A stretch of DNA of 64,000 nt from NCBI GenBank assembly GCA_032718475.1, contig JAUCBJ010000968.1:1-64000 (forward strand), read 5' to 3'. Below, piece by piece: positions 38,660-51,562 of this stretch. A program made the position numbers and the translations under genes. The notes under the pieces were generated by a model. The model was not told the origin of the DNA, made no database searches, and saw only the letters and a program-made list of their open reading frames with translations. This DNA comes from Nemertoderma westbladi (taxonomy: Eukaryota; Animalia; Xenacoelomorpha). Every line of letters starts with the position of its first letter. The stretch's first letter is position 1.

Positions 38660-40509
38660 CTACGCTGTTCACAGAATGAAATCGTGTCGCGCTGTTAGTT
38701 GGTCTCATTGCCAATAAGGTAGACAATGAATGAAGATGATGAAATGAATAGTTTTATCATTCTATAAACTCTTAATTTCGCGTATTTAATTGGTTTAAAT
38801 TGTATATTTTTCGATTTACTGATATATTTTCCGCCCTCAAGGAGTTAAATATTGCTGTTTATGTCTTTCTTGTTAGGGAACGTTTAAAAGGATTGAATTA
38901 GAACACGGCTGTAACTAACCAAAACTCTAAGCGAACTAAAATGAATAGAAACAATTAATCAATCAGTAACCATTTCGAATTTTGCGTGTAATTAAGTAAC
39001 TTATTAATTACTCTGTAAATTTTAATTATTACCAGTAGAAGTCAGTTGCGGATCTACGGTATATTACTCCCGGGGTAACAACGCCCCTGAGCGTAGCAAT
39101 TATTTTCTTCATTAAACAATATGAAATTACTATTTTTACTTTATTAAATAGTTATCAATTACTATTACTTGTAGTAGTATTTGTAAAGAAATATGAGGAG
39201 AAAATACGTGTTTCCATCCATGAAATTCGCACCCTTTGAATCATTTTGTGACCATGCCAGCTACATGCCGCTACATGGGGTTGGGGTCGCTGGTAGGGTC
39301 TACAACTTTGAGGTTACTTTGATACCGGTTTATTTAAAAAAAAACTCACAGAACAGCATGTTTTTTTTATGTACTGTAATAGTATTATGTATTAGTAAAT
39401 GTTTACATTCTTGGTGTAAAGGAGTACACAAAGAGTGTGCTGATATAAGTGGTTATGTGCAATTTGATATAAATTTCAGATTACGTGAAATATATGCCTG
39501 ATATTTATAGTTTTAGTTGGTTTTGGGATAGGGAATTCAACGGTATCGTACAGTTTCCAAAAGTATGTGGATCATGAGATTTTAAAATCGGTAATTGAAT
39601 AATATTAAAAGATATTTCCTATACTCTAACAAGCGAAGATACGGTACAAATCGAAAAATAGTTTCAATGAGAAAAATTGTAGTGGGGGTGCTCGGATCGT
39701 CACGAAAAAATCATTTCATACTGTACGTACATATGGGCCTCCATCGAAATAGTAGGCCTACATGTGGCACCATATTTTAACCAAATCAAGTAACTAAAGT
39801 CAACAGAACTGCGGAGCAGTTTGATTTTTTAGTGTAATCAGCTGTTATTTGCGTTGATTTTCCACTCTAGAGAGGGATGAATTTTGATTGCGTCGATATC
39901 CCCCCCCCCCCCCCCCCCCCCCATCTGGTGAATTATATGTTTTGAATTGATTTAGTAAATTAATTATTGCAGTACGTTGGTGAGGTTTACGATTTGGATA
40001 TTTTTTACTGAAGTTAAAAGACAGAAGGACCAGTATACATTTTATGAGCCCCTCTAAGAATAAAGTGATGACATCATCAACACTCGTATACATAGTCTAC
40101 AGGTCGATACCAAAGTGTGTGTCACCTGTGTCATCTTTAACTAAACTTACAATTAACTTAAGTTTGTCCTTTTATGGAAATCCTGCGCCTGCTCAACTCC
40201 ATCAGTTGTTGGAAGTTATCAATGAAGTCGCTGATTCTGGGACTTTTGATGATCTAGAGGAGGATAGTTGGTGCTACCGGACTAACGTAGGTGATGATTA
40301 ATCGCTATATGTTTCAGAATCAATAGCAGACTACTCGGTGTGGAGATGTTGCAAGGAGCTGCAGTATTTCAGAGTTTCAATTGAAGATTCATGGCTGTAT
40401 CTTGTAAAACGTGATGTGACGAAATCAGTGAGAGTAGACAAACAATATATATACCAGAACCAGCTGTTTGCATGAACATAACAAATTGCAAATACATACA
40501 ATATCTAAG

Positions 40510-40806
40510 AAGTAAAGTAAAGTGAAGTTTTCTTCTTCCATTAGGCCATAGATTGTGAGAAATCCTTACGACTTATTTCCACTGCGATCCCCCCAGAACT
40601 ATACTACCCAAAGGATTCTGGTACCCATATAGCTGCTACTATTTAATGATGCAAGGCAGAGAGACGTCCTGTATACGTATAGTCCCTTTAAAGCATTCGT
40701 GCTGAAACGAAAACTACCCTAGCCACCATGCTGGGATCGAACCCTTGACCGCCGGAGAGAAGTTCGGATTTAAGGCAATGGATTTAACCACTACGTTAAG
40801 GTGGGA
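40510..40806 (-). mobile_element. tRNA-derived SINE
   Basis: On the minus strand: A-box-like GTAGTGGTTAAA and B-box GGTTCGATCCC at the head (~40805-40722), ~200-nt body, short CTTTA-repeat tail at ~40510-40525. No intact cloverleaf seen. Confidence 0.65.
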
Positions 40807-41589
40807 CTTAAACCATGTATCTAGCAACTTTCTAGTCTATCTAGTGTTAAGATATCTAGTTAGTGCAGAGTTCATCCAATCAATAGTATTGAAGTAAAGT
40901 TTGTCTGTACTAAATTAAAATCCCCTTATTATTTACATCGTTGCTCTAGGAAATTCAATTTTGATAATTTCGATGCAGCTACATTTATTATGTAGATTCA
41001 ACATAATCTAAGATAGCTTTGAAATGCTCAAACGTAAAAAAAGGAATGAAAAATTATTCTATATTTACTGCGCGATTTTTAATGGATTATGATGTGGTGC
41101 GCAACGAGCCAATTTCACGTGCGCGGTGATCTCGAAACACCAAAGCGTACCGCCGCGTTCATGCATGAATTCCAACCCGGGCGCCCCCTTATAATAATCC
41201 AAAGTATACGCTATACCAGTTATACTATGGATCTAATCTGAGACAACATTATGTGTGTGTATATTAATCGATGTGTGCACATCATTGTAGTCCCAAATCC
41301 ATTTGTGAACACCCACGTTTTTCAATTCAAATGTGAACTATTAAAATAAGTGTGTACACAAAAAATTTACGACGACGACGACAGACAACTCGCCAATGGC
41401 ACCCATATGCTAAGGCTTCGTTCACTTCGTGGCTCGCCCCACAGAAGAAGCCTACCGACCACCTGCCGGAACAGAAATAATATAATTTTGGATTTACTTT
41501 CAATATCAGTACCGGTAACGGTAGGCCTCCATTATTACAGTATTAATGGATATGCACAATGTTGTACACACCCCGAATTATGGTACTCT

Positions 41590-41822
41590 TAAGAGTGTTC
41601 GTTCTTATTTTAAGTGTGCATGTTCTTATTTTAAGAGACCATGTTCTTATTTTAAGAGCACTTTTAGAGTGATTGTTCTTACTTTAAATGTCCGCGTGTT
41701 CTTATTTGAAGCGCCAATATTCTTTTTTAAGTGTTCGTGTTCTTATTTTAAATGCTCATGTTCTTTCTTTAAGCAGTTAAGTGTCCGTGATCTTATTTTA
41801 AGAGTCCGTGTTCTGATTTAAC
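41590..41822. repeat. Degenerate ~21-bp tandem repeat
   Basis: Recurrent TGTTCTTATTTTAAG core. Confidence 0.7.
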
Positions 41823-41938
41823 TTGTGTAGGGGTAGGCCTACACATTATTTTAATTTGAATTGGAGGGTCCACTCAGCCTTTCATCCATTGGGGTCGATA
41901 AAATGAGTACCAGTAAATTACTGGGAGCAAAAACAAGG

Positions 41939-42045
41939 GATATGAGTAGCGCCCATCCTTACCGTCGGGTAGCAGATATGAGTTGCGCCCACCCCTACCC
42001 TCGGGTAGCAGATAGGAGTAGCGCCCACCCCTACCCTCGGTAGCA
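41939..42045. repeat. 36-bp tandem repeat, 3 copies
   Basis: GATATGAGTAGCGCCCACCCCTACCCTCGGGTAGCA-like units abutting the LINE tail. Confidence 0.85.
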
Positions 42046-43785
42046 CTACTACTACTAGTATCGGCATGCTGCATTGCAGCTGCATTTTTAAGAATGCTGT
42101 GCCGGCTTGTCGACAAAATTGCACCGCCACAACTCCCTATCACCCATGACATTTGCTAGTTCATCCGCATCTTCAAGACCAGTGTCCTTTAAGATGCGTC
42201 TCAAGAAATTAATGGGCTGTCCACCATGCTTATTCACTCCATGAGGCTGCTAAAGTACAAGATTATGCACTGGCTGGTCCTCACGGCGAAAGCAATGTCC
42301 TGCAAAGCGGAGGCGATTTTGTTCTAGTGTCAAGCTTGGGGGAACCAATGAGACACCTCCAATGTTATATAGTGTCTGGTTGGAGATGTGTGCATTGTAC
42401 TTGACACAATGAACCCGGCGTAGCATTCTTGTGAATGTGCCATCCAGAGATTTGGTGTCCTCAGCAGTTAGAGCCCAGCATGGACTCCCATAGAGGAGTA
42501 CTGGAACCACTGCTGCTCTAAATAATCGGACCTTAAGTTTCCGATTAAATCTCGGTGACTTCCAAATCCTGGAAAGCCTATTCAAGGCTGCCCATGCCTT
42601 TCCCTTACGTATTCGAAGGTCCTCATCTGACTTCCGGATCCACGATCCCAGGTAACAGAAGTCGTCCACATGCTCAAGCATACCATCCTTTGAGCTTATG
42701 CTCATCTGATCAGAGACTTGCTGAGAACTTTCAAAGTTAACTGTCAAAATTTTGGCCTTTCTGGAGTTAATAAAAAGACCAACACTAGAAGCAGCATGTT
42801 CTAATGAGCTGAGGAGCCGTTGGGCTCCCTCTAGTGATTCTGAGAGTACTCCTAAGTCACCAGCAAAGTCTAGATCGGTTAGGTACTTGGCAGGATTTCC
42901 TCGACTTCTGGAGCCAGTGGGTGGAGTTATCATCACCCCATCATCATTATGATGATCTAAGGACATGCGTAGAACATAGTCAACCACAATTATGAACAAG
43001 AATGGTGCAAGTGTGTCTCCCTGGAGGACGCCCAATAACACTTAAAATGGTTCTGTGTCACCATCAACAGTAGACACAAATGTTGTCGAACCATCGTATA
43101 CTGATCTGATTGCTGCAATAATTTCATCAGAAATCCCATATAATGAAAGTATGCTGAACATACGTGAGCGGGAGACTGAATCAAAGACCTTGAAGAAGTC
43201 AACAAAGATAACAGCCAGATGCCTGTCTTTAGTTTTTGATAACTCTTCAATTATCCTTCTAAGTGCCAAAATGGGTTCCATGGTCCCACGACCTTTACGG
43301 AACCCATTCTGATTTCCACGGAGCAGTCTCTCAATGGGATCCCTGATGCGATTTAATATAATTCTATTGTATAGCTTTGCAGCAATCGAGATCAATGAGA
43401 TTCCCCGAAAAGAACCATAGTGTTAGGTTGCCCTTCTTGGGAACTGGCACCAACTTATTTGTTTTCATTTCTTGTGGGACTCTTGTTGTTCGGTACATGT
43501 CTACTATGATGGGATAGATGAGCTTTAAACACTCAGGTATTTTAAAGACCTCAGGGGGAACACCATCTACTCCACTGGCACGATTGGTCTTAATGCTCTT
43601 TGCAGCAGCCTTCACTTCTGCAAAGGAGATATCGCCAATGGGAATATCTGGGAGTACAGACTCAGACACTTTTACTTCTATAAAGTTATCAGGCAATACC
43701 CTGTCATTATTGAGGAGCTTTTCAAAGTGGGCCTTCCAACCATTGAGTCGATCGGCTGGTGATTCAGCCTTAACCTTGGTGGTTG
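42046..43785 (-). mobile_element. 5'-truncated RTE-clade-like LINE; RT domain broken by frameshift/stop
   Basis: ORFs 43364-43900, 43042-43395 and 42250-43041 give RASGVDGVPPEVFK, QNGFRKGRGT, FVDFFKVFDS, GVLQGDTLAPFLF, LDFAGDL (FADD mutated), FCYLGS, RLRFAGHC. (TAG)n tail at 42046-42058; near-TSD CTCG(G)GTAGCA at ~42036 and ~43786. Confidence 0.92.
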
Positions 43786-44767
43786 CTCGGGTAGCAGCTA
43801 TCGAAAGAGGAGCCTTCGGGTCGCCTCGGCCGACGGTTTGCTTTGCTTGCAAAACGTGGGTGTTAACAAATAGATTTGGGACGACTATGAAGATGTTCAC
43901 AAATCAATTAATAATATATTATTTATTATTTATTTATTTAAATTCGGACTTGCCGACAATAAAAGTTTAAAAATATGGCGCAAACACAAATGACAGATAT
44001 CGACACAGAAAGTATATCTACACAGATTATCTACACAGAAAGTAGCCCATTAAATAAAATGTGCACAGCACAGCACTATAGTAAAAATTTATATAAATTA
44101 AAATGCACCATAATATGATCTATTCTGCAATGTTAAAGTATCAAAGTATCTTAGGATCAAGTTGTGTTTTTGGTGAAAACTGAGGCAGTTAGTATACCGG
44201 TACGGGTACACACACCTAATTTTGGGGTATAACTTTTCGCCGTATCCGTATCCGTATGCATTTGCCATATCCGTATGTACCGTAATGGATTCCTATGGAG
44301 AATAATCCGTATGTGATTTTAGAGATTAGGCATTGCGGACCAGTAAGAAGTGCACATCACACATGCAGACTGAAGACAGGTAGGCCTACTTAAAGCTAAG
44401 TGATGTAAAGAGTATGGCTGCCGCTACCTTTTGTCAAATAAACAATGCAGGACAGGTCCAGGATGAGTGACAGCCGGTGTCCGCCAGCCCCGGGATGAGC
44501 CAGCAGTGCAGTACCTATTAACCATAACTCTTCTTGACGCCGCTTGGAAATCTAACCGTGATTAACGGAACCGTGATTTATTTTTGAACTGTTTTTCCAC
44601 CAACCTGGGCTATAGAATGTTGTTGGTTGCTACAGTACTGCAGTATATGGCACTAACATAGTATAGACTGATAGAAGCAGCAATGAGAATGCTAAGGGAA
44701 TAAATATTCGCACAGATATTGAAAACCGTCGTGTCAGTCTGTCCTTCTTTGTGAATTTATTAACATA

Positions 44768-46975
44768 CTAGAAAGCCTGTGGCCCTTCGGGCCACAGCTT
44801 TCTAGTGCACGTGCAGATGATATATGAATATGTGTGGGAGATTGGAGAACTGCATACGGAACAGACACCATCATTAAATAAAACACCACCCCCATAAGAG
44901 ATAACTGTCAAGTTTCAACTTTAGTCAGATTGTAAATAACAAAATTGGTGTAGATGTTCACATTCAGACTTCTACAGTAGCGGTAGACTGAAGAACTGTA
45001 GACGACTCTGGGACTCAGTAAAGATACAGAATATGCTGTAGTAGATTCCTGCCAAGTTTCAGCTCAAAGGGATTAAAAAGAACCAATTGGGATGAGGTGT
45101 TCACTATCAGACAATTCGCCCTCTAGCGGCAGATAGGGGAACTGTATACAACTCTGCGACTCCGTAAAGGTAGAGCCTATGCTGTAGTAGATGCCTACCA
45201 AGTTTCAGTCTAAACCGTTTGTAAATAACAAAGTTGGAGAAGATGTTAACTTTCAGACATTTCACCCTCTAGCGGTAGACTGGGGAAGTGTATAGGACTC
45301 TGCAACTCCGTAAAGATAGAGCCTAGGACGTAGTAGATACCTGCCAAGTTTCAGCTCAAAAGGATTAAAAAGAACCAAATGGGATGAGGTTTTCACTATC
45401 AGACAATTCGCCCTCTTGCGGCTGACTGTGGAACTGTAGACGACTCTACTACTCCGCAAATATATAGCCTATGCTATAGTAGATGCCTACCAAGTTTCAG
45501 TCTAAAAGGATTGTAAATAACAAAGTTGGAGAAGATGTTAACTTGCAGACATTTCGCCCTCTAGCGGTAGACTGGGAAATTGTAGACGACTCTGCGACTC
45601 AGTAAAGATACAGCCTATGCTGTAGTAGATGCCTACCAAGTTTCAGTCAAAACTGATTGTAAATAATAAAGTTGGAGAAGATGTTAACTCTCAGACATTT
45701 AGCCCTCTAACGGTAGACTGGGGAACTGTAGACAAATCAGTGACTCCGGAAATATACAGCCTATGCTGCAGTATATAGCTACCAAGTTTCAGCTCAAAAG
45801 CATTAAAAATAACAAAGTTGGAGAAGATGTTAACTTGCAGACATTTCGCCCTCTAGCGGTAGACTGGGAAATTGTAGACGACTCTGCGACTCAGTAAAGA
45901 TTCAGCCTATGCTGTAGTAGATGCCTACCAAGTTTCAGTCAAAACGGATTGTAAATAATAAAGTTGGAGAAGATGTTAACTCTCAGACATTTAGCCCTCT
46001 AACGGTAGACTGGGGAACTGTAGACAACCCAGTGACTCCGGAAATATACAGCCTAAGCTGCAGTATATAGCTACCACGTTTCAGCTCAAAAGCATTAAAA
46101 ACAACCCTATAAGATCAGGTTTTCACTATCGGATAATTCGCCCTCTAGCGGCAGACGGTGGAACTTCAGACGGCTCTGAGTATTACGTTGCAACGAGTTA
46201 GGGCGAGACCTATCTAACGAGCTATAGTAAGCGAGATTTCATCGAGATTAGATGTATAATATTAGATAAAATAATAATATAGTAAGTATAGGCCTACAGA
46301 AATAATTATTTTACTTTTAATATTCATAACAGTAAAACAAAAATGTTATAAACCTCTCCTTCCATGCAGCCAATGATTGAGAAAGCAGAATTACTCTGAG
46401 CAATTCGCAACAGACAACCCAAACCCACCCCAATCAACACTCCAGCCTGCTTGCTCCTTATCTGTGCCCAGCCAGCTAGCTGCGAGTTCAATAATTACCT
46501 TAACGTTGCTATGATACAGAAAACAATCCTTCCCTATTAAATAACTATAGGCCCATTCGATCGTGCTTGGCGAATATGACATATTTATACACTATTTGAT
46601 TTTTAATCAATAAATAATCATACATATTTATATTAAACACTCGAATAAAATAAAAACTTTGTGAGAATGGGACACGGCGAATCTACCCATGTTAATTTTA
46701 TACCAGGTGGGATAAATGTTAGCCCTCTAAATCATTAATTACCGATAGAAGAACCGAAATAATTCGATAAATTTCGCCCGAAAATCACGAAAATCGCCCT
46801 CTAGCGGCAGACGGGCGAACTTCAGACGGCTCTGAGTATTACGTTGCAACGAGTTAGGGCGAGACCTTTCTAACGAGCTATAGCAAGCGAGATTTCATCG
46901 ATATGGGTTCGATTGTATAGCCGATGACAAACACACAGACAGACAGACAGACAATCGAGATTTATATATATTAGA
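44768..46975 (-). mobile_element. Non-autonomous Helitron, type A, copy 1 (146-bp internal satellite)
   Basis: Minus-strand 5'-TC(TAATATATATAAA), (TGTC)n tract, 3' hairpin ending CTAG followed by T. AAAGTTGGAGAAGATGTTAAC recurs at 146-bp spacing (~45522, 45668, 45814, 45960). Confidence 0.82.
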
Positions 46976-49365
46976 CTAGAAAGCCAGTGGCCCTTCGGGC
47001 CACGGCTTTCTAGTTCACAAGCCTATTCACCATTCCAAACATTAATTAATTAATTAACTTAACAAAACTTCATATGATTGAGAATGTTCTCTCAAACAAA
47101 AGACTGATGCTGTTTTACTTTTTCAGATATCTACACTGGTCAACATCCTTCACATAGATGCAGCCTTATGATGTAGTACTGTAGACCTCTGACAATTATA
47201 AGCGTAAAAGCATTTTTAATAAATAAATGTGAGAATGTTTTTACTTTTCAGATTCAGATATTTCGCACCCTAGCAGTAGACTGGAAATCCGGAGACTGGT
47301 TAGCGTCCTCCCCATACAAACAGCCTATGGTCAAGCATACCTTTCCCAAGTATAAGCAAAAAAGCATTAGAAACAACGAAATGGGAGAAGGATTTCACTT
47401 GAGACATTTCACCCTCTAGCGGCAGACTGAGAAATTGCAGATTGGTCACAGTTTTCCACGAACACGCAGTCTATGGTGTAGTAGACCTCTGACAATTATC
47501 AGCCTAAAAGCATTAGAAACAACGAAACGGGATAAGGTTTTCACTTTCAGACATTTCGGCCCCTAGCGGCCGAATGGAGAACTGCAGTTTGTTCGGCGTC
47601 TTACCTAGACACACACCCTATGGTGTATTACACATCTGGCAAGTGTCAGCCTGAAAGCATATTAATAACGAAATGGGATAAGGTTTTCACTTTCAGACAT
47701 TTGGCCCCCTAGCGGTAGACTGGATAAATGCAGACTGGTTCTAACTCCTCCCCAAACACACAGTCTATGGTGTAGTAGACCTCTGTCGAGTATCAGCAAA
47801 AAAGCATTATAAACAATGAAATGCATAAAGGTTTTCACTTTCAGACATTTCACCCTCTAGCGGCAGACTGAGAAATTGCAGATTGGTCACAGTTTTCCAC
47901 GAACACGCAGTCTATGGTGTAGTAGACCTCTGACAATTATCAGCCTAAAAGCATTAGAAACAACGAAACGGGATAAGGTTTTCACTTTCAGACATTTCGG
48001 CCCCTAGCGGCCGAATGGAGAACTGCAGTTTGTTCGGCGTCTTACCTAGACACACACCCTATGGTGTATTACACATCTGGCAAGTGTCAGCCTGAAAGCA
48101 TATTAATAACGAAATGGGATAAGGTTTTCACTTTCAGACATTTGGCCCCCTAGCGGTAGACTGGATAAATGCAGACTGGTTCTAACTCCTCCCCAAACAC
48201 ACAGTCTATGGTGTAGTAGACCTCTGTCGAGTATCAGCAAAAAAGCATTATAAACAATGAAATGCATAAAGGTTTTCACTTTCAGACATTGCGCCCCCTA
48301 GCGGAAGACAGAGCTATTGCAAATTGGTCTTAGTTCTCCACAAACACGCAGTCTTTGATGTAGTAGACCTCTGACAAGTATCAGCCTAAAAACATTAGAA
48401 ACAACGAAACGGGATAAGGTTTTCACGTTCAGACATTTCGCCCCCTAGCGGCCAAATGGAGAACTGCAGTTTGTTCGGCGTCTTACCTAGACACACACCC
48501 TATGGTGTAATACAAATCTGCCAAGTGTCAGCCTAAAAGCATTATTAATAACGAAATGGGATAAGGTTTTCACTTTCAGACATTTGGCCCCCTAGCGGTA
48601 GACTGGAGAAATGCAGACTGGTTCTAGCTCCTCCCCAAACACGCAGTCTTGGTGTAGTAGACCTCTGCCAAGTATCAGCAAAAATGCAGTATAAACAACG
48701 AAATGGGTGAAGGTTTTCACTTTCAGACATTGCGCCCCCTACCGGCAGACAGATGAATTTCAGATTATTCAGAGTTCTCTACAAACACGCAGTCTATGGT
48801 GTAGTCGACTTCTGCCAAGTATCAGCAAAAAAGCATTATAAACAACGAAATGGGATAAGGTTTTCACTTTCAGATATTGCTCCCCCTAGCGGCAGACTGG
48901 GGAATTGCAGATTGGTCAGCATCCTCCGAAAACACACAGCCTATGGTGTAGTAGACCTCTGCCACGTATCAGCTAAAAGGCATTAATAATAACGAAATGG
49001 GAGAAGGTTTTCAGTTTCTGACATTTCGCCCCCTTCCCCTAGCGGCAGACTGGAGAACTGCAGATTGATCAGTGTCTTCCCAAACACACAGTCTATGGTC
49101 AGGAACGTATCTGCAAAGTATCATTTAGAACAGATTGAGTCTGATGGTGCAACCGCTGTTATAGAGTTTCCTACAGAATGAACTGCTAGGCCTACTGCGC
49201 TACCGGTACCAAATTCACGAAATCTGCATTCACGCAAACAAACGCGTAAAATAAGACTCGAGATAGCGACAGTGCACGTGCTCGTGACGAGAGCTTTCGT
49301 TCGATGTATCGCGAGCTCAGATTGGTGCTTGTGTGTAGAAACGTATAGCTTGGACAGACAAACAA

Positions 49366-49396
<31 letters not shown>

Positions 49397-49417
49397 CATG
49401 ATATTTATATATATAGA
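46976..49417 (-). mobile_element. Non-autonomous Helitron, type B, copy 1 (~147-bp internal satellite)
   Basis: Same termini; monomer GATAAGGTTTTCACTTTCAGACATT..CCCCCTAGCGG...TGCAG; 441-bp (3-monomer) duplication at 47403/47844. Confidence 0.82.
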
Positions 49418-51562
49418 CTAGAAAGCCCGTGGCCCTTCGGGCCACGGCTTTCTAGTTCACAAGCCTATTCACCATTCCAAACATTAGATTAATTAAGAAT
49501 GGGAGAAGGATTTCACTTTCAGACAATTCGTCCCCTAGTGGCGGACTGGAGAACTTCAGACTGGTCAACGTCCTTCCCAAAGACGCAGCTTATGATGTAG
49601 TACAGTAGAACTCTGCCAAGTATCAGCCTAAAAGCATTTTTAATAAATAAATGTGAGAATGTTTTGACTTTTCAGACATTTCGCACCCTAGCAGTATACT
49701 GGAGAACTGCAGACTGGTTAGCATCCGCCCCAAACACACAGCCTATGGTGTAGTACCTTTCCCAAGTATAAGAAAAAAAGCATTAGAAACAACGAAATGG
49801 GAGAAGGTTTTCATGTCAGACATTTCACCCTCTAGCGGCAGACTGAGAAATTGCAGATTGGTCAGAGTTATCCGCAAACACGCAGTCTATGGTGTAGTAG
49901 ACCTCTGCCAAGCATCAGCCTAAAAGCATTATAATCATCGAAATGGGAGAGGGTTTTCACTTTCAGACATTTCGCCCCCTAGCAGCCGAATGCAAAACTG
50001 CAGTTTGTTCGGCGTCCTCCCCAGATACACACCCTATGGTGTAATACACATCTGCCAAGTGTCAGCCTGAAAGCATATTAATAACGAAATGGGATGAGGT
50101 TTTCACTTTCAAGACATTTGGCCCCCTATCGGTAGACTGGATAAATGCAGACTGGTTCTAGCTCCTCCCCAAACACACAGCCTATGGTGTAGTAGACCAC
50201 TGCCAAGTATGCCTTATAAACAATGAAATGCATAAAGGTTTTCATTTTCAGACATTGCGCCCCCTAGCGGCAGACAGAGCTATTGCAGATTGGTCAGCGT
50301 TCTCCATAAACACACAGTCTTTGATGAAGTAGACCTCTGACAAGTATCAGCCTAAAAACATTATAAACATCAAATGGGATAAGGTTTTCACATTCAGATA
50401 TTCTCCCCCTAGCGGCCGAATAGATAACTGCAGGTTGTTCGTCGTCCTCTCCAGACACACACCCTATTGTGTAATACACATCTGCCAAGCGTCAGCCTAA
50501 AAGCATTAAAAACAACGAAATGGGTGAAGGTTTTCACTTTCAGACATTGCGCCCCCTACCGGCAGGTAGAGGAATTGCAGATTATTCAGAGTTCTCTACA
50601 AACACGCAGTCTATGGTGTAGTAGACTTCTGCCAAGTACCAGCAAAAAAGCATTATAAATAACGAAATGGGTGAAGGTTTTCACTTTCAGACATTGCGCC
50701 CCCTAGCGGCAGACAGAGGAATTGCAGATTGGCCAGAGTTCTCCACAAACACGCAGTCTATGGTGTAGTAAACTTCTGCCAAGTAACAGCAAAAAAACAT
50801 TATAAATAACGACATGGGATAAGGTTTTCACTTTCGGATATCTCTCCCCCTAGTGGCGGACTGGGGAATTGCAGATTGGTCAGCATCCTCCGCAAACATA
50901 CAGCCTATGGTGTAGTATACCTCTGCCACGTATCAATTAAAAGGCCTTAATAATAACGAAATGGGAAAAGGTTTTCAGTTTCGGACATTTCGCCCCCTAG
51001 CGGCAGACAGGAGATCTGCAGATTGATCAGTGTCCTCCCAAACATGCAGTCTATGGTCAGAAACATATCTGCAAAGTATCATTTATAACAGATTGAGACT
51101 GATGGTGTAACCGCTGTTATAGAGTTTCCCGCTGGTTGATCAGTGATTTGGCCGAAAATGGTTACAGTATGGTATAGCCCAATTTGACCACAATAATACG
51201 CATTCACGCATAAATGATACATAAAATTAGCCTCGATATAACGACGTTTCGCGTCCATGTGCTCGGGGCAGTCTGCATCACGTAGATGCGCATCAAAAAA
51301 TAGCATAATAGTCGAGACCCAACATGTAGAGTGACAGAATGAACTGCTAGGCCTAACGCGCTACCGGTACCAAATTCACGAAATCTGCATTCACGCAAAC
51401 AAATGCGTAAAATAAGACTCGAGATAGCGACAGTGCACGTGCTTGTGACGAGAGCTTTCGTTCGATGTATCGCGAGCTCCGATTGGTGCTTGTGTGTAGA
51501 AACGTATAGCTTGGACAGACAAACAAACAGACAGACAGACACATGATATTTATATATATAGA
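49418..51562 (-). mobile_element. Non-autonomous Helitron, type B, copy 2
   Basis: Starts CTAGAAAGCCCGTGGCCCTTCGGGCCACGGCTTTCTAG; ends (CAGA)n...TTTATATATATAGA. Confidence 0.82.

Noticed and set aside
40722-40806. tRNA gene
   Set aside because: A and B boxes are present but I could not fold a convincing cloverleaf, and it continues into a SINE-like body and tail.
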